Assembly (NCBI GenBank): GCA_963744715.1 | Contig: CAVUUR010000012.1 | Coordinates: forward strand, 128,001-192,000 | Direction of reading: 5' to 3' | Origin: an uncultured bacterium | GTDB taxonomy: Bacteria > Babelota > Babeliae > Babelales > JACPOV01 | DNA length: 64,000 nt | Notes under the pieces: model-generated | Seen by the model: only the letters and a program-made list of their open reading frames with translations | Database searches by the model: none | Told to the model about the DNA's origin: nothing | Position numbers and translations under genes: made by a program | Shown here: positions 1-10,277 of the stretch, one piece after another | Numbering within the stretch: the first letter of the stretch is position 1 | How the letters are laid out: each line of letters opens with the position of its first letter

Positions 1-2
1 GA

Positions 3-1784
3 AATATCATACCTTCCGTTGTAGCTTTTACCAAAGATGGCAAAAGGCTTGTAGGAACATTAGCCCGTCGCCAAGCTGTTACAAACCCAGAAAATACTAT
101 TTATTCTGTTAAGCGATTTATTGGCCATCGTTATGATGAAGTAGCGCAAGAAGCTAAAAAAATGCCTTATAAGGTTATCAAGCGTGCGAATGGTGATGTT
201 GCCATCATGGCACAGGGCAAAGAATATACTCCGCAAGAAATATCTGCAGCCATTTTAAGCCTTATTAAACAAACGGCCGAAGATTATCTAGGGGAAAAAG
301 TAACTGATGCCGTTATTACTGTTCCTGCCTATTTTAATGATTCACAACGGCAAGCAACGAAAGATGCTGGAAAAATAGCAGGTCTTGAGGTTAAGCGCAT
401 TATCAATGAACCGACAGCGGCAGCGCTCGCTTATGGTATGGATAAGAAAAAAAATGGTACTATTGCTGTATTTGATTTCGGTGGTGGAACCTTTGATATC
501 TCAGTTCTTGAAATCAGCGATGGCGTGATTGAAGTTAAATCTACTAACGGCGATACCCATTTAGGTGGTGATGATATCGACCAACGTTTGATTGATTATC
601 TCGTTGATGAATTTAAAAAAGAACAAGGAATCGATCTTCATAATGATAAAATGGCTTTACAACGGCTAAAAGAAGCTGCTGAAAAAGCAAAAAAAGAACT
701 TTCAACGATACCAGAAACAGATATTAATCTTCCCTACATTACCGCTGATGCATCAGGACCTAAACATTTAAACGTAAAAATAACTCGAGCAAAATTAGAA
801 TCTCTATGCTCTGATCTTTTTGATCGGCTCTTAATTCCTTGCAAAAAAGCTATGAGTGATGCAAAAATCAGTAATGACCAATTAGATGAAGTTATTTTGG
901 TTGGTGGATCAACTCGTATTCCAAAAGTTCAAGAATTAGTAAAAAAATTCTTCGGCAAGGAACCAAATAAATCAGTCGATCCGGATGAAGTTGTTTCATT
1001 GGGTGCTGCAATTCAAGGCGGTGTATTGGCAGGTGAAGTAACTGACGTTCTTTTACTCGACGTTACTCCTTTATCTTTAGGTATTGAAACGCTAGGTGGT
1101 GTTGTTACCAAGCTTATTGAACGCAATACAACCATACCAACAAGAAAATCCCAAGTATTTTCTACTGCCGAAGATAATCAAACTGCCGTAGATATTCGCG
1201 TATTTCAAGGCGAACGAGAATTTGCAAAAGATAATAAACTTCTTGGCCAATTCAAGCTTGAAGGATTACCACCTGCTCCACGCGGAACTCCTCAAGTCGA
1301 AGTAACCTTCGATATTGATGCAAATGGTATCGTTAACGTAACGGCAAAAGATAAGGCTACTGGCAAAGAGCAAAAAATAACCATTACAAGCAGTAGCGGT
1401 CTTAGCAAAGATGATATCGAGCGCATGCTTAACGAAGCAAAATCACATGAAAATGAGGATAAAAAAGCTCGTGAAACAATAGAAAAGAAAAATCGTCTTG
1501 ATGGGTTAATCCTTGAGATTGAACGTTCATTAAAAGAAAACAAAGAAAAACTGGCTGCAAATGATGTTCAAAATATTGAACAAGAGTTAGAAAAAGCTCG
1601 CATCGTACTTAAAGACTTTAGCACCAATGATCAGGAACTCCAAAAGGGATTTGATCAGCTCAGTCAAGCTTGGTACAAAGTTGCAGAACAACTGTACAAA
1701 CAAGGTTCATCAGATCAACAAACAAAAACTGATGATTCATCAACCAATCCAGGACAAGGTCCTATTGATGCTGATATTAGCTAA
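3..1784 (+). CDS. dnaK: Chaperone DnaK (Hsp70), 5' end outside window
   Basis: Frame open from nt 3 ([18 protein letters not shown]...[17 protein letters not shown]); motifs [49 protein letters not shown]. Confidence 0.99.
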   Translation, partial: NIIPSVVAFTKDGKRLVGTLARRQAVTNPENTIYSVKRFIGHRYDEVAQEAKKMPYKVIKRANGDVAIMAQGKEYTPQEISAAILSLIKQTAEDYLGEKVTDAVITVPAYFNDSQRQATKDAGKIAGLEVKRIINEPTAAALAYGMDKKKNGTIAVFDFGGGTFDISVLEISDGVIEVKSTNGDTHLGGDDIDQRLIDYLVDEFKKEQGIDLHNDKMALQRLKEAAEKAKKELSTIPETDINLPYITADASGPKHLNVKITRAKLESLCSDLFDRLLIPCKKAMSDAKISNDQLDEVILVGGSTRIPKVQELVKKFFGKEPNKSVDPDEVVSLGAAIQGGVLAGEVTDVLLLDVTPLSLGIETLGGVVTKLIERNTTIPTRKSQVFSTAEDNQTAVDIRVFQGEREFAKDNKLLGQFKLEGLPPAPRGTPQVEVTFDIDANGIVNVTAKDKATGKEQKITITSSSGLSKDDIERMLNEAKSHENEDKKARETIEKKNRLDGLILEIERSLKENKEKLAANDVQNIEQELEKARIVLKDFSTNDQELQKGFDQLSQAWYKVAEQLYKQGSSDQQTKTDDSSTNPGQGPIDADIS

Positions 1785-1806
1785 GTTTTTTCTATAACGA
1801 CAGCAC

Positions 1807-1841
1807 AAAAAGAGGCAAGACTCAAATCCTTGCCTCTTTTT
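1807..1841. terminator. Bidirectional intrinsic terminator
   Basis: aaaaagaggcaag-9 nt-cttgcctcttttt inverted repeat between convergent dnaK and the 104-aa gene. Confidence 0.85.
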
Positions 1842-1843
1842 CT

Positions 1844-2158
1844 TTATACTAATGGCCTTCCGCCTTTCAGTAATCGATCCTTTCTCTCTGGATATACAGA
1901 ACCCCTTTTTGCTTCAATTTTTTTAACAGCGTCTTCAAAAGCTTCTTGTGCAAAACCTGTCAATGTTAAACCTGGTTCCCAGTAAACAACATTTTTAATA
2001 CGTTCAATTAAATCAATGGGTAGGTGAATCGTAATTCGTTGTTTTTTACAAGACTCAGATTGCTCGGCCATCAATTTCTCATCACATTGATCCGATTCAG
2101 CTGCTGCTGAAGCAAAATATGCTTCTAATGGATTATTTCCTAAAGTTTTCTTTTTCAT
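1844..2158 (-). CDS. Small ParA-partner protein, probable ribbon-helix-helix/CopG-like DNA-binding protein
   Basis: Directly downstream of parA with a GGAG RBS; basic N-terminus KKKTLGNNPL; KQRITIHLPIDLIERIKN beta-strand+helix pattern. Confidence 0.6.
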   Translation of the reverse strand: MKKKTLGNNPLEAYFASAAAESDQCDEKLMAEQSESCKKQRITIHLPIDLIERIKNVVYWEPGLTLTGFAQEAFEDAVKKIEAKRGSVYPERKDRLLKGGRPLV

Positions 2159-2183
2159 CGTCCATACTCCTTAATTTTAGTTA

Positions 2184-2945
2184 TCACACATGTTCTTGCT
2201 TAATAACCTCTTTGGCTAACGATCGATAATCAATTGCACCATTACTATTGCTGTCATACAACGTGATAGGTTGAGCAAATGAAGATGCCTCAGAAAGTTT
2301 TATATTTTCACGAATAGCAGTTTTATATAAAATATTTTTAAAATTTGTTTTTAACTCATTAACAACTTCCTTTGAATGTTTGGTACGAACATCAACACGA
2401 CACGGCAAAATACCTGCAATAATTAGCGTCTGATTTAACCGCTCCTTAATAAGATCAATAGTTTGCAATAATTGAACAAGACCACTCAATGCCATAAAAC
2501 GAGTCTCAACAGGAACAATAACTTCATGCACTGCGCTCAGGGCGTTAACGGTTAATATACCAAGGGTAGGCGGGCAGTCAATAAGCACATAATCATATTG
2601 GGCTGCCGCTAAGCTTAATAATTGATGTTTTAAAATCGTTTCTGCACCCACTTCATGTGCTAGCATTTTTTCAAGCCCTACAAGCCACGGTGATGACGGT
2701 ATAACATCAATACCCGCAAAAACATTTTTTATGATAATGTCTACAATGGAAACGCGCTCAATAAATACCGGATACATTCCCTTAGTATTTCTATCGATAC
2801 CAAACCAAATAGTTGTCGAGGCTTGCGGATCAAGATCGATAACAAGAACTTTTCTTTTTTTCTCGGTTAATGCTGCAGAAAGATTTACGGTAGTAGTAGT
2901 TTTACCACTTCCCCCTTTTTGATTAATAATAGCAATAGTACGCAC
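2184..2945 (-). CDS. parA: ParA/Soj family ATPase
   Basis: Deviant Walker A NQKGGSGKTT, IDLDPQ, IDCPP, RENIKLSEA; likely GTG start at 2945 after AAGGAG (ORF track starts at 2969). Confidence 0.92.
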   Translation of the reverse strand: MRTIAIINQKGGSGKTTTTVNLSAALTEKKRKVLVIDLDPQASTTIWFGIDRNTKGMYPVFIERVSIVDIIIKNVFAGIDVIPSSPWLVGLEKMLAHEVGAETILKHQLLSLAAAQYDYVLIDCPPTLGILTVNALSAVHEVIVPVETRFMALSGLVQLLQTIDLIKERLNQTLIIAGILPCRVDVRTKHSKEVVNELKTNFKNILYKTAIRENIKLSEASSFAQPITLYDSNSNGAIDYRSLAKEVIKQEHV

Positions 2946-3223
2946 ATTACACTCCTTTTGATAAACCAATAAATATCAACAGTCATGCTACTACAATATT
3001 TTTCATAATGACAATAATATATTACATAACAAGTGATACTTTCCTTTATGATTATGCATTCTTGAAATTAATTGAAGACAATGCTTGCAATACAACCTTT
3101 ATATAAAAAATTATATATGCACACCAATCTTCCAATCCATACCAAAATGTTTTATACTACTAATCATACAATTTAAACAATGCACACTATGTGTACAATA
3201 CCTAAAATCATGAAAGAAATTCA

Positions 3224-4111
3224 ATGAAAAATATAGTTAAAATAATGCTTTGCATCTTTATATCGCCGATTACACTAAAGGCCTGGGAATACGTTCACTC
3301 AGAATCTTCGGAATATGTTTACTATAATAATCAAGATGGAGTCATTAAGGAATATCCCGACAAAGCAGTGATTCAAGGATCATGGAAAAAAAATCAGCAA
3401 AAAGTACCGAGAGTAGACATCGTTAAAGAAAGCACTATATCTGATAACAAGACACAAGAACAACTAACAGAATCTATCGATATTCAACAAAATATTCCCG
3501 CACTTAAACCCGAGCCGGCTGATTTAAAAGTATTAATCGATGCAAACCAATATGTGCCAATTACCATTTCCAGGGCGACTCTTTTTAAAGCGGATTTAAA
3601 AGAAACATCATGGCGTTCCGGTTCACGCATGATGAGTGTTTACGCAAAAGAAATAAATTTGGAAAAATCTTCTTTGTGTAATGCTTCTTGGAACAACATT
3701 AATGTAAAAAACGCTAATTTACGAAGCATTTATTTTTGGGGAACTATGTTCAATGTATGGGCAGAAGAATCTGATTTATCCAATGCATTTATCTGTGGAA
3801 AAATTCTCAATGCAGACTTCCAACAGGCAAATTTAACTAATGCAAAGCTTGCTGGTGACTTTATTAACGTTAACTTTACCGGAGCAATAACGGATGATCT
3901 TTCATTTGACCCTAATACTAATTTAGCTAAAACAACCGGTTTGTCATTAACTAATGAGCAAATCATTGAAGCTAAAAAAAATAATTGCATTCTCCCCAGG
4001 GAATTAGAAATGAGATGGCTAGCCCTTTCCGCTTATTCTGCCACAGCAATCATAACAACCGAAGCTAGAAAATACACAGAAGAATTCATGCAAAAAATTT
4101 CACAAAAATAG
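3224..4111 (+). CDS. Secreted pentapeptide-repeat protein
   Basis: Signal-peptide-like N-terminus; A(D/N)Lxx repeats (ADLKE, ANLRS, SDLSN, ADFQQ, ANLTN, AKLAG). Confidence 0.75.
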   Translation: MKNIVKIMLCIFISPITLKAWEYVHSESSEYVYYNNQDGVIKEYPDKAVIQGSWKKNQQKVPRVDIVKESTISDNKTQEQLTESIDIQQNIPALKPEPADLKVLIDANQYVPITISRATLFKADLKETSWRSGSRMMSVYAKEINLEKSSLCNASWNNINVKNANLRSIYFWGTMFNVWAEESDLSNAFICGKILNADFQQANLTNAKLAGDFINVNFTGAITDDLSFDPNTNLAKTTGLSLTNEQIIEAKKNNCILPRELEMRWLALSAYSATAIITTEARKYTEEFMQKISQK

Positions 4112-4113
4112 CA

Positions 4114-4554
4114 TCAGCTTTTACTGGCAAGATAATAATCGAGTGAAATAGTGCCGCTGCCGATAAAGAAAAACGTTATAAAAACAATAATTAATGACAG
4201 TGAAAATGAATATACTGAAAAAGGATCTCCATTTTTTACATGCATCATACATGCAACGGTCATCATGATAATGAGCAGTAGTGAAGCTATTCGTGTTCCT
4301 AAACCAAGCACAAGAGCAATGCCACCAAAAAATTCAGTATTTGCCCCCAAAAATCCCCACATTACCGGCAAAAAATGAATGCCGACATTATTCATGGCCA
4401 TTCCTAAAGATCTCCATGTTGCCATGCCACCCATTACTTTCGGAATGCCATGACCAATAGTTAATATGCCAATACCAATACGCATCAAGCATAAAGCAAT
4501 ATCGAGAGAAACTGGGGAAACTGGCGTAATCAAATATGATAATAATGTATTCAT
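4114..4554 (-). CDS. DoxX family membrane protein
   Basis: RIGIGILTIGHGIPK, EFFGGIALVLGLGTR, GSGTISLD. Confidence 0.9.
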   Translation of the reverse strand: MNTLLSYLITPVSPVSLDIALCLMRIGIGILTIGHGIPKVMGGMATWRSLGMAMNNVGIHFLPVMWGFLGANTEFFGGIALVLGLGTRIASLLLIIMMTVACMMHVKNGDPFSVYSFSLSLIIVFITFFFIGSGTISLDYYLASKS

Positions 4555-4565
4555 TAATTATCCCC

Positions 4566-4961
4566 TCATGCATATAATGTTTTTACAACGAGAATTGTTA
4601 TAATAAAATTGATAATATACAGCGATGTGCAAAGCAAACATAACGATTTAACTCTAAAATAGAGCAAATAGGCAAGAAATAATGATACTATACAGCTACT
4701 TATTGATGCAATTAAAAGAAGTTTGTCAGCATGTAGTAGTACTAACATCGCGATAAAAAAATAAAATATCATGCCAATTATAGCATTTGAGAAAAAAAAT
4801 ATATTGGAATATGCACTTTTCATTGGTTTTGAACAAGAAATTTTATCAGATATATCACATACCGGTTTATAACCAGGAACCGACTTAATTTTTTTCTCAA
4901 CAATATAGGTATATAATGAGATGCAAAAACCGATAGCAGCAAGAACTATAATTATTAACAT
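4566..4961 (-). CDS. Vitamin K epoxide reductase (VKOR) family protein
   Basis: Loop cysteines CDISDKISC, CxxC (CLLC), four hydrophobic segments. Confidence 0.88.
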   Translation of the reverse strand: MLIIIVLAAIGFCISLYTYIVEKKIKSVPGYKPVCDISDKISCSKPMKSAYSNIFFFSNAIIGMIFYFFIAMLVLLHADKLLLIASISSCIVSLFLAYLLYFRVKSLCLLCTSLYIINFIITILVVKTLYA

Positions 4962-5030
4962 AGAAAACTCCTTTTAAAGAAAAAATAATATATATTCTCC
5001 CCGATTATACAAGATTACAATTACCAATAA

Positions 5031-5804
5031 CTAATAAAATCGAATTACCTTATTTTTTCCTTCTTGATACGGTTCATTCTTAAAATATGGTTTAAGCATG
5101 TCAACCAATATTGGTCTTAAGATTATTTTCTCTTTCTTACGGTTACCTTGATCATTAATAATATCGGCCTCTATAGTTACTTTTTTTTGGGAAGCACCAA
5201 GGTTACCTATCGTTCGTGCAAGTTCATTCCATGAAACAAGCGCGAGAGCATCTTTTTCCTTCAGCTTTGGATCTTTTACTATTTTAATATTCGAATAAAA
5301 TTCTTTTTGTAGCCTCGTAATATCTTTTTCAGAAAATTTTGTAATATAAAGTACATATTTCTTAGGTTTCAATGCAATAACAACCTCAGTATTTCCGCCA
5401 TCAACGTCAATGTACTTGAGAGCTTGTTTTTCGAACATAAGCGCATACGCCGTTTCTTCGGCAAATTCCCTACTTGCAGTTACAACAGGATGTTTTTCTC
5501 CTGGATCGCGTGAACCACTAAACGAATCCCAGGTTCCCCTATCCCAACCATACAATTCACGAGAAACTAAAACATATTTATTGTTATTAGATACCCACAT
5601 AGGTAAAACCCCTGCTGCATTAAAACTAAATTCTTTTAATGATTTTTTTGGATTCTCAATGGGAACGGGTATAGCTATGCTATCGACAGCGTCTTTTAAC
5701 TGCAGCAATGAATCATTGAGAATTTCTAATTCAGTATTTACCGCACAACAACTCATTAGTGAGTAAAGAAATGGTATAAGACCTATTTTGAATATATGCT
5801 TCAT
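5031..5804 (-). CDS. NUDIX hydrolase with signal-peptide-like N-terminus
   Basis: AAGVLP strand and Nudix-like box GSRDPGE-x8-REFAEET. Confidence 0.75.
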   Translation of the reverse strand: MKHIFKIGLIPFLYSLMSCCAVNTELEILNDSLLQLKDAVDSIAIPVPIENPKKSLKEFSFNAAGVLPMWVSNNNKYVLVSRELYGWDRGTWDSFSGSRDPGEKHPVVTASREFAEETAYALMFEKQALKYIDVDGGNTEVVIALKPKKYVLYITKFSEKDITRLQKEFYSNIKIVKDPKLKEKDALALVSWNELARTIGNLGASQKKVTIEADIINDQGNRKKEKIILRPILVDMLKPYFKNEPYQEGKNKVIRFY

Positions 5805-5978
5805 AAAAGCCCTACTTTTTATTTTAACTTAATAATGTTTCCTAATTATGTTACGGCTACTTTTTGTTATCTAATAACAAAATAAATAAAAACACCTATT
5901 GACAACAAGAATACTATCCCATAATTTTTGAATTCTGTGTTTTTTGGTTTTTATTAGATATTCTTTGATGCAGAACTA

Positions 5979-6896
5979 TCAGAATGTGTTGGTATTAATA
6001 TATCCCTGCCGTAGCTCTTCTTGATAAAATATATAGAGACCGCATAAGACAATTAATGAAGAAAAAAAGAAGTGCCACGTAACCTGCTCGCCAAGGAAAA
6101 TTACGCCAAAAAGTGCCGCAAACAGGGGGCACATAAATCCTGCAAATGATAAAAACGTTGCCGTATACTCACGCAATAAAAATCCATAAAAATTATAGAA
6201 AATAATGTTAACAACAATAATAATTAACGCTGTCAGCGCCAAAAATGCTCCAATATTATTTACTGGAGAAATTTGCCAATAGCCTTCCATAACGTATGAA
6301 GTAAGCAACGCCAATAATCCACCGCCAAGCATGCCGATACCATTAACCATAAATGGCGAATCTCCTTGACCTTTAACGACCTGCCGCATAATAATCCATC
6401 CGTAACAAGCAGAAGTAACAGCACCTATCATAGCAATATCAGGCCAAGCAAGAAAAAAAACGCCACCGACCATCTCTTCAGCCGGAATACGTTGAATAAG
6501 TTCGGGTATAAATCCCAAAAAACTAATACTCAATCCTAACCATTTTTTTATGGTCATCCGTTCATTAAAAAAGAAATATGAAAAAATTGCCGTTATAAAA
6601 GGGGCTAAATTAAAAAAGAATGATGATTTAAATGAAGTAATATATTGCAATGACCACATATCGAGAATATACGCAAAATAAATATGAAACAGAATAACTT
6701 GTATAAAAACTACGCGATCTTCAGGGCGTATTTTAGGCAATTTTTTGTATCGCCATGTATAAAATGCTAGTAACAATCCGCCAGCAACGATCATGCGGAT
6801 ACCTATAAAAAAAAATGGTTTACTATATTGCAGCACCGCTTTACATAAAGTAAAACTACTGGCGCATAATGCGTATAAAATAACAATTAATAACAC
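5979..6896 (-). CDS. DMT/EamA family transporter
   Basis: About 10 TM segments, two EamA halves (RMIVAG, NLAPFITAIF..FNE, PLFAALFGVIFLGE). Confidence 0.9.
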   Translation of the reverse strand: MLLIVILYALCASSFTLCKAVLQYSKPFFFIGIRMIVAGGLLLAFYTWRYKKLPKIRPEDRVVFIQVILFHIYFAYILDMWSLQYITSFKSSFFFNLAPFITAIFSYFFFNERMTIKKWLGLSISFLGFIPELIQRIPAEEMVGGVFFLAWPDIAMIGAVTSACYGWIIMRQVVKGQGDSPFMVNGIGMLGGGLLALLTSYVMEGYWQISPVNNIGAFLALTALIIIVVNIIFYNFYGFLLREYTATFLSFAGFMCPLFAALFGVIFLGEQVTWHFFFSSLIVLCGLYIFYQEELRQGYINTNTF

Positions 6897-6911
6897 TTAA
6901 ATCCTTATCAT

Positions 6912-6942
6912 AAAAAAAAGCCCGGCTTTTGCCAGGCTTTTT
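6912..6942 (-). terminator. Intrinsic terminator
   Basis: Minus strand aaaaagcctggc-aaaa-gccgggc followed by T8, just after the 77-aa gene. Confidence 0.7.
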
Positions 6943-6961
6943 CCAAAAAAAACTAATTAAA

Positions 6962-7195
6962 TTATTGGCATTCTTTAGAACCACACCAGCAACATCCGCT
7001 GTGCATAACAAATAAAACTAAACTAATAACTCCCGCTATGCCAAAAATATATTCCAAAGGTCTTGCAAAATGTACTAAAGGAGCCATAGAAAGAAAATTA
7101 TAATTAAGCGCAAGTAACCCTATATGAATACATCCAATGGCAGTAAGCGCCCAAACAACACTTGCTACTATTTTCATAGCTGGTGATCTCATCAT
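6962..7195 (-). CDS. Small membrane protein, DUF378-like
   Basis: LTAIGCIHIGL...YIFGIAG pattern; AGGAG RBS. Confidence 0.65.
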   Translation of the reverse strand: MMRSPAMKIVASVVWALTAIGCIHIGLLALNYNFLSMAPLVHFARPLEYIFGIAGVISLVLFVMHSGCCWCGSKECQ

Positions 7196-7334
7196 AACAA
7201 ATCTCCTTTAAAAAAAACAACTTGTAACATACTCTCCGCTAAATCATACACAAAAAAAATACTCATGAAAAGAGTTCTCTATCTGATTACATATTTTATT
7301 AATACAATACATAAATATAAATATGCAACAATTA

Positions 7335-7425
7335 TTAATAAAATAATTTTCTGTTTAAGATATTTCAATTAAGGCATCTTCCAACGATCTTCTTATAATG
7401 CCCATCCTAGACACAAGTACAGCAG
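7335..7425 (-). repeat. Degenerate copy of the 3' end of the 8532..10265 gene
   Basis: Minus strand reads LVSRMGIIRRSLEDALIEIS* versus LFGRIGGIRKALDDALIEKS*; similarity continues about 20 nt past the stop. Confidence 0.75.
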
Positions 7426-7513
7426 TCACCCCTAACGGACAATTCCTTCATGTACTCCTTAATAAAACTCGTGTAATAAGGTTTTTTAAATTGTTCAAAA
7501 TTTTTTAGCACTT

Positions 7514-8398
7514 TTATTCGGTTGGCCATTTTTTGCAAATGCCTCGCTCTTTACAATAATCGAGCAACGTTTTTTTATATTTAGGTTCCGTATGATTTGT
7601 ACAAAGCGGAATGATGCGATGATCTCCCTTATCACTACGTATAATAATTTTATTCCCCTGTTTATTAAAAGCGCAAAATAAGGTATTGAATCCTAAAACA
7701 TCCAACGGTATTTCTTCACGATCATCTCGATCGCTATGCGTTAAAGATAAATAATGCCTATTATCTTTTCTCATTACTCTTGCTATATCGGCATCCATAG
7801 GGCATCGACGGTTATCAGAAACTGCTACGGATATACAATCATCTTGTCCTGAATATTTTTTATGGATAACGTCTCCTTTTTTCATATCATGAATACATAA
7901 TGCATTTGACTGGTATTGACTAGTTTCCCCATCAAAAACAACCATTTTTGAACTATGAGGAGAATAAGAAAATAGTGGATGAGCTAATCCTGGGTCATGA
8001 AAAGAACTATATAATATTTTATTATTTCTGGTTTTTTTGTTATAGGCATTAATAATGCAATCAGTAAGGGGAGAACTCAATGATACCTCCGAAGAAATAC
8101 GGCTTTTTGCATTTTCAATAGGAACATCTATTTTCCCTTGCTTATTTTTTTTTGTTCGTTCAATAAATGCTTCATCGCATTCATAGCATTCATATCCTAT
8201 AAATTCCAAAATTAAACATTGAATTTCTTCAGGGAGATTTGCAAGGTAGCAGGGGCCGATTATCTTATTATTCTTTGATCGTAATTGCAACTTGGCACAA
8301 GAAAATAATTTCTGCCAAAATCCGGTTGATAGACGATCTTCCATGGCCAGCGCATGCGTACTATACAAAATAAAAATCATAATTATAACATACAGCAT
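7514..8398 (-). CDS. Secreted protein with N-terminal F-box-like motif and beta-propeller-like fragments
   Basis: Signal peptide ending ALA-ME; LANLPEEIQCLILEFI; SYSPHSSKMVV, ISVAVS, CAFNKQGNKIII. Confidence 0.6.
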   Translation of the reverse strand: MLYVIIMIFILYSTHALAMEDRLSTGFWQKLFSCAKLQLRSKNNKIIGPCYLANLPEEIQCLILEFIGYECYECDEAFIERTKKNKQGKIDVPIENAKSRISSEVSLSSPLTDCIINAYNKKTRNNKILYSSFHDPGLAHPLFSYSPHSSKMVVFDGETSQYQSNALCIHDMKKGDVIHKKYSGQDDCISVAVSDNRRCPMDADIARVMRKDNRHYLSLTHSDRDDREEIPLDVLGFNTLFCAFNKQGNKIIIRSDKGDHRIIPLCTNHTEPKYKKTLLDYCKERGICKKWPTE

Positions 8399-8531
8399 TC
8401 CATCTCCAATAGTGTTCCATAACTTTTGTCAACATGACAGATTATCAAAAAAAAGTATACGCGGCAAAAGTATCTACTACGTTGGATACGGTAACTATGT
8501 ATACATGAGCATTAATACAATAATAATTTGT

Positions 8532-10265
8532 TCAAGATTTTTCGATTAGGGCATCGTCCAGTGCTTTTCTTATACCACCAATTCTACCAAATAGTGGTGG
8601 TAGCCCTTCCTGCGTATTTAATTCGGGACTAATGGTACCAACGGTTTCCATGGATTGCACTAAAACACTTGCTACCTGATCAGTCAATGACGTATATACC
8701 GATTGAGTTATCTCCAATTGAGGAAGTTTGCTTTGCTCTTTATCATTAAGATACGTTACTATTGTAGAACCCTTTTGAGGATCTTTAGGATCAATACCTT
8801 TTCCCTTTAGTCCTGCGTAATCACTCAAAAAAGCATCATAGGTTGCTTTTGAAATAGGATTTCTTAATATATATCCAGCATTACGTGCTTGGCGATACTG
8901 CTCAGTCCCCTGTTTTAATGTCTGCATGTTTTTTGTATCTGCTTGCTCGATTTCAGCAGCTGTGGCATTTGGGGTAACACCAAGAATCTTATACATTGAA
9001 GTGAGGTCAGTCTCATTACCAATAAGATGGTCATAGTAAGCAATTAAATTATCAAATAATGTTGGCGATGTAGAGCGATACAAATGTAAATAAGCCTGCA
9101 TGTCACCGGAAAGTTTTTCCAAAAGAGCACTCGCTTGGTTTATACTTTCTTGATCTTGCGCTTTAAAGGTTTTTTCCAACAAGCTTGCTTGTTTAATAAT
9201 AGCTTGGGCTTCATCTTTTAATTGTTGGGCCAACCGAGGGTCGGTCGTTTCATCAATAGTTTTAAGCTTTTCATTAACACTACTCGCTCGAACTTCTAGA
9301 TCTTCAACTGATTGAATCAAACCAATAAATGGTGCTACCGATTTATTAATTGATGCAAACTCTTTAATGAGAACTGTTGGTATTGCTAACTCTTTTTTTG
9401 CAAAAACACGTTCATACCATTCTTTAAACGATCTGGCCAATCTACCAAAAAAACCTGGCTGTTTTTGTTCTTTGACAATCCCAGTCCCGAGCAACTCTTC
9501 ATCAATAGCTCTACTCTTTTGTTCAATACTTGCTTTAAACTCAAGTAATTTTTTCTGATATAATGAAGGTTCTTTATTTTGTTCCGCTGCTTGTACTGCG
9601 GCCAGTTCTTGGTTAAGTATTTCGGCGCTCGGCCTTATCTCTTTGCGCATAGTCGCCAATTGCTCAATTTTCTTATCAACATTGGTATTCTTTTTTATTT
9701 CATTAATATTGGTCATATTCTCAAATGCGTTTCTGACATTGCCTATTTCGGTTATATAAGGAAAATCTACTTGCGAAGGCTTAACGGAAAAAACATTAGC
9801 AAGTTGATCAGCAACGTGCACTAGTTGCTCAGAACTTTTTCCTTCTCGAACAAGTAACGTAGTTAATTCTTTTGTTAAACTTACCATTCTATCTGATATA
9901 GCTTTTCGTTCATTAGTTAGTTGCTGATTTTTTGCCAACGCTTCTTGTTCTTGCTGTTCATTACCAGTTTTAGTTGCTTGTTCATATTCTTGATTTGCCT
10001 CACCTATTTGAGCAGTTTTTAAATTATACGTGGCCCGTTCTATCGCTAAATCTTCTTCTTTTGTACTAAGATCATCACCTTTTTTACGTAATTCCTCTTT
10101 ACGAGCTTCGGCTTCTTTAATTTCTTGTTTCGATTTTTCTTCTAACGCTTTTGCCTCTTCCATGGTTTCAGGTTTTTTTGCTTCCTGCCAGCGCTCGGGT
10201 GCACTCAGTACAACGTGAACAATCATTAGGCAAGAAAACCATACAAAATACTGAATTTTATTCAT
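8532..10265 (-). CDS. Secreted coiled-coil protein with degenerate J (DnaJ)-like domain
   Basis: Signal peptide; long heptad region; MYKILGVTPNATAAEIEQA...AGYILRNPISKATYD with no HPD. Confidence 0.65.
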   Translation of the reverse strand: MNKIQYFVWFSCLMIVHVVLSAPERWQEAKKPETMEEAKALEEKSKQEIKEAEARKEELRKKGDDLSTKEEDLAIERATYNLKTAQIGEANQEYEQATKTGNEQQEQEALAKNQQLTNERKAISDRMVSLTKELTTLLVREGKSSEQLVHVADQLANVFSVKPSQVDFPYITEIGNVRNAFENMTNINEIKKNTNVDKKIEQLATMRKEIRPSAEILNQELAAVQAAEQNKEPSLYQKKLLEFKASIEQKSRAIDEELLGTGIVKEQKQPGFFGRLARSFKEWYERVFAKKELAIPTVLIKEFASINKSVAPFIGLIQSVEDLEVRASSVNEKLKTIDETTDPRLAQQLKDEAQAIIKQASLLEKTFKAQDQESINQASALLEKLSGDMQAYLHLYRSTSPTLFDNLIAYYDHLIGNETDLTSMYKILGVTPNATAAEIEQADTKNMQTLKQGTEQYRQARNAGYILRNPISKATYDAFLSDYAGLKGKGIDPKDPQKGSTIVTYLNDKEQSKLPQLEITQSVYTSLTDQVASVLVQSMETVGTISPELNTQEGLPPLFGRIGGIRKALDDALIEKS

Positions 10266-10277
10266 AAAAAAAGCCTA

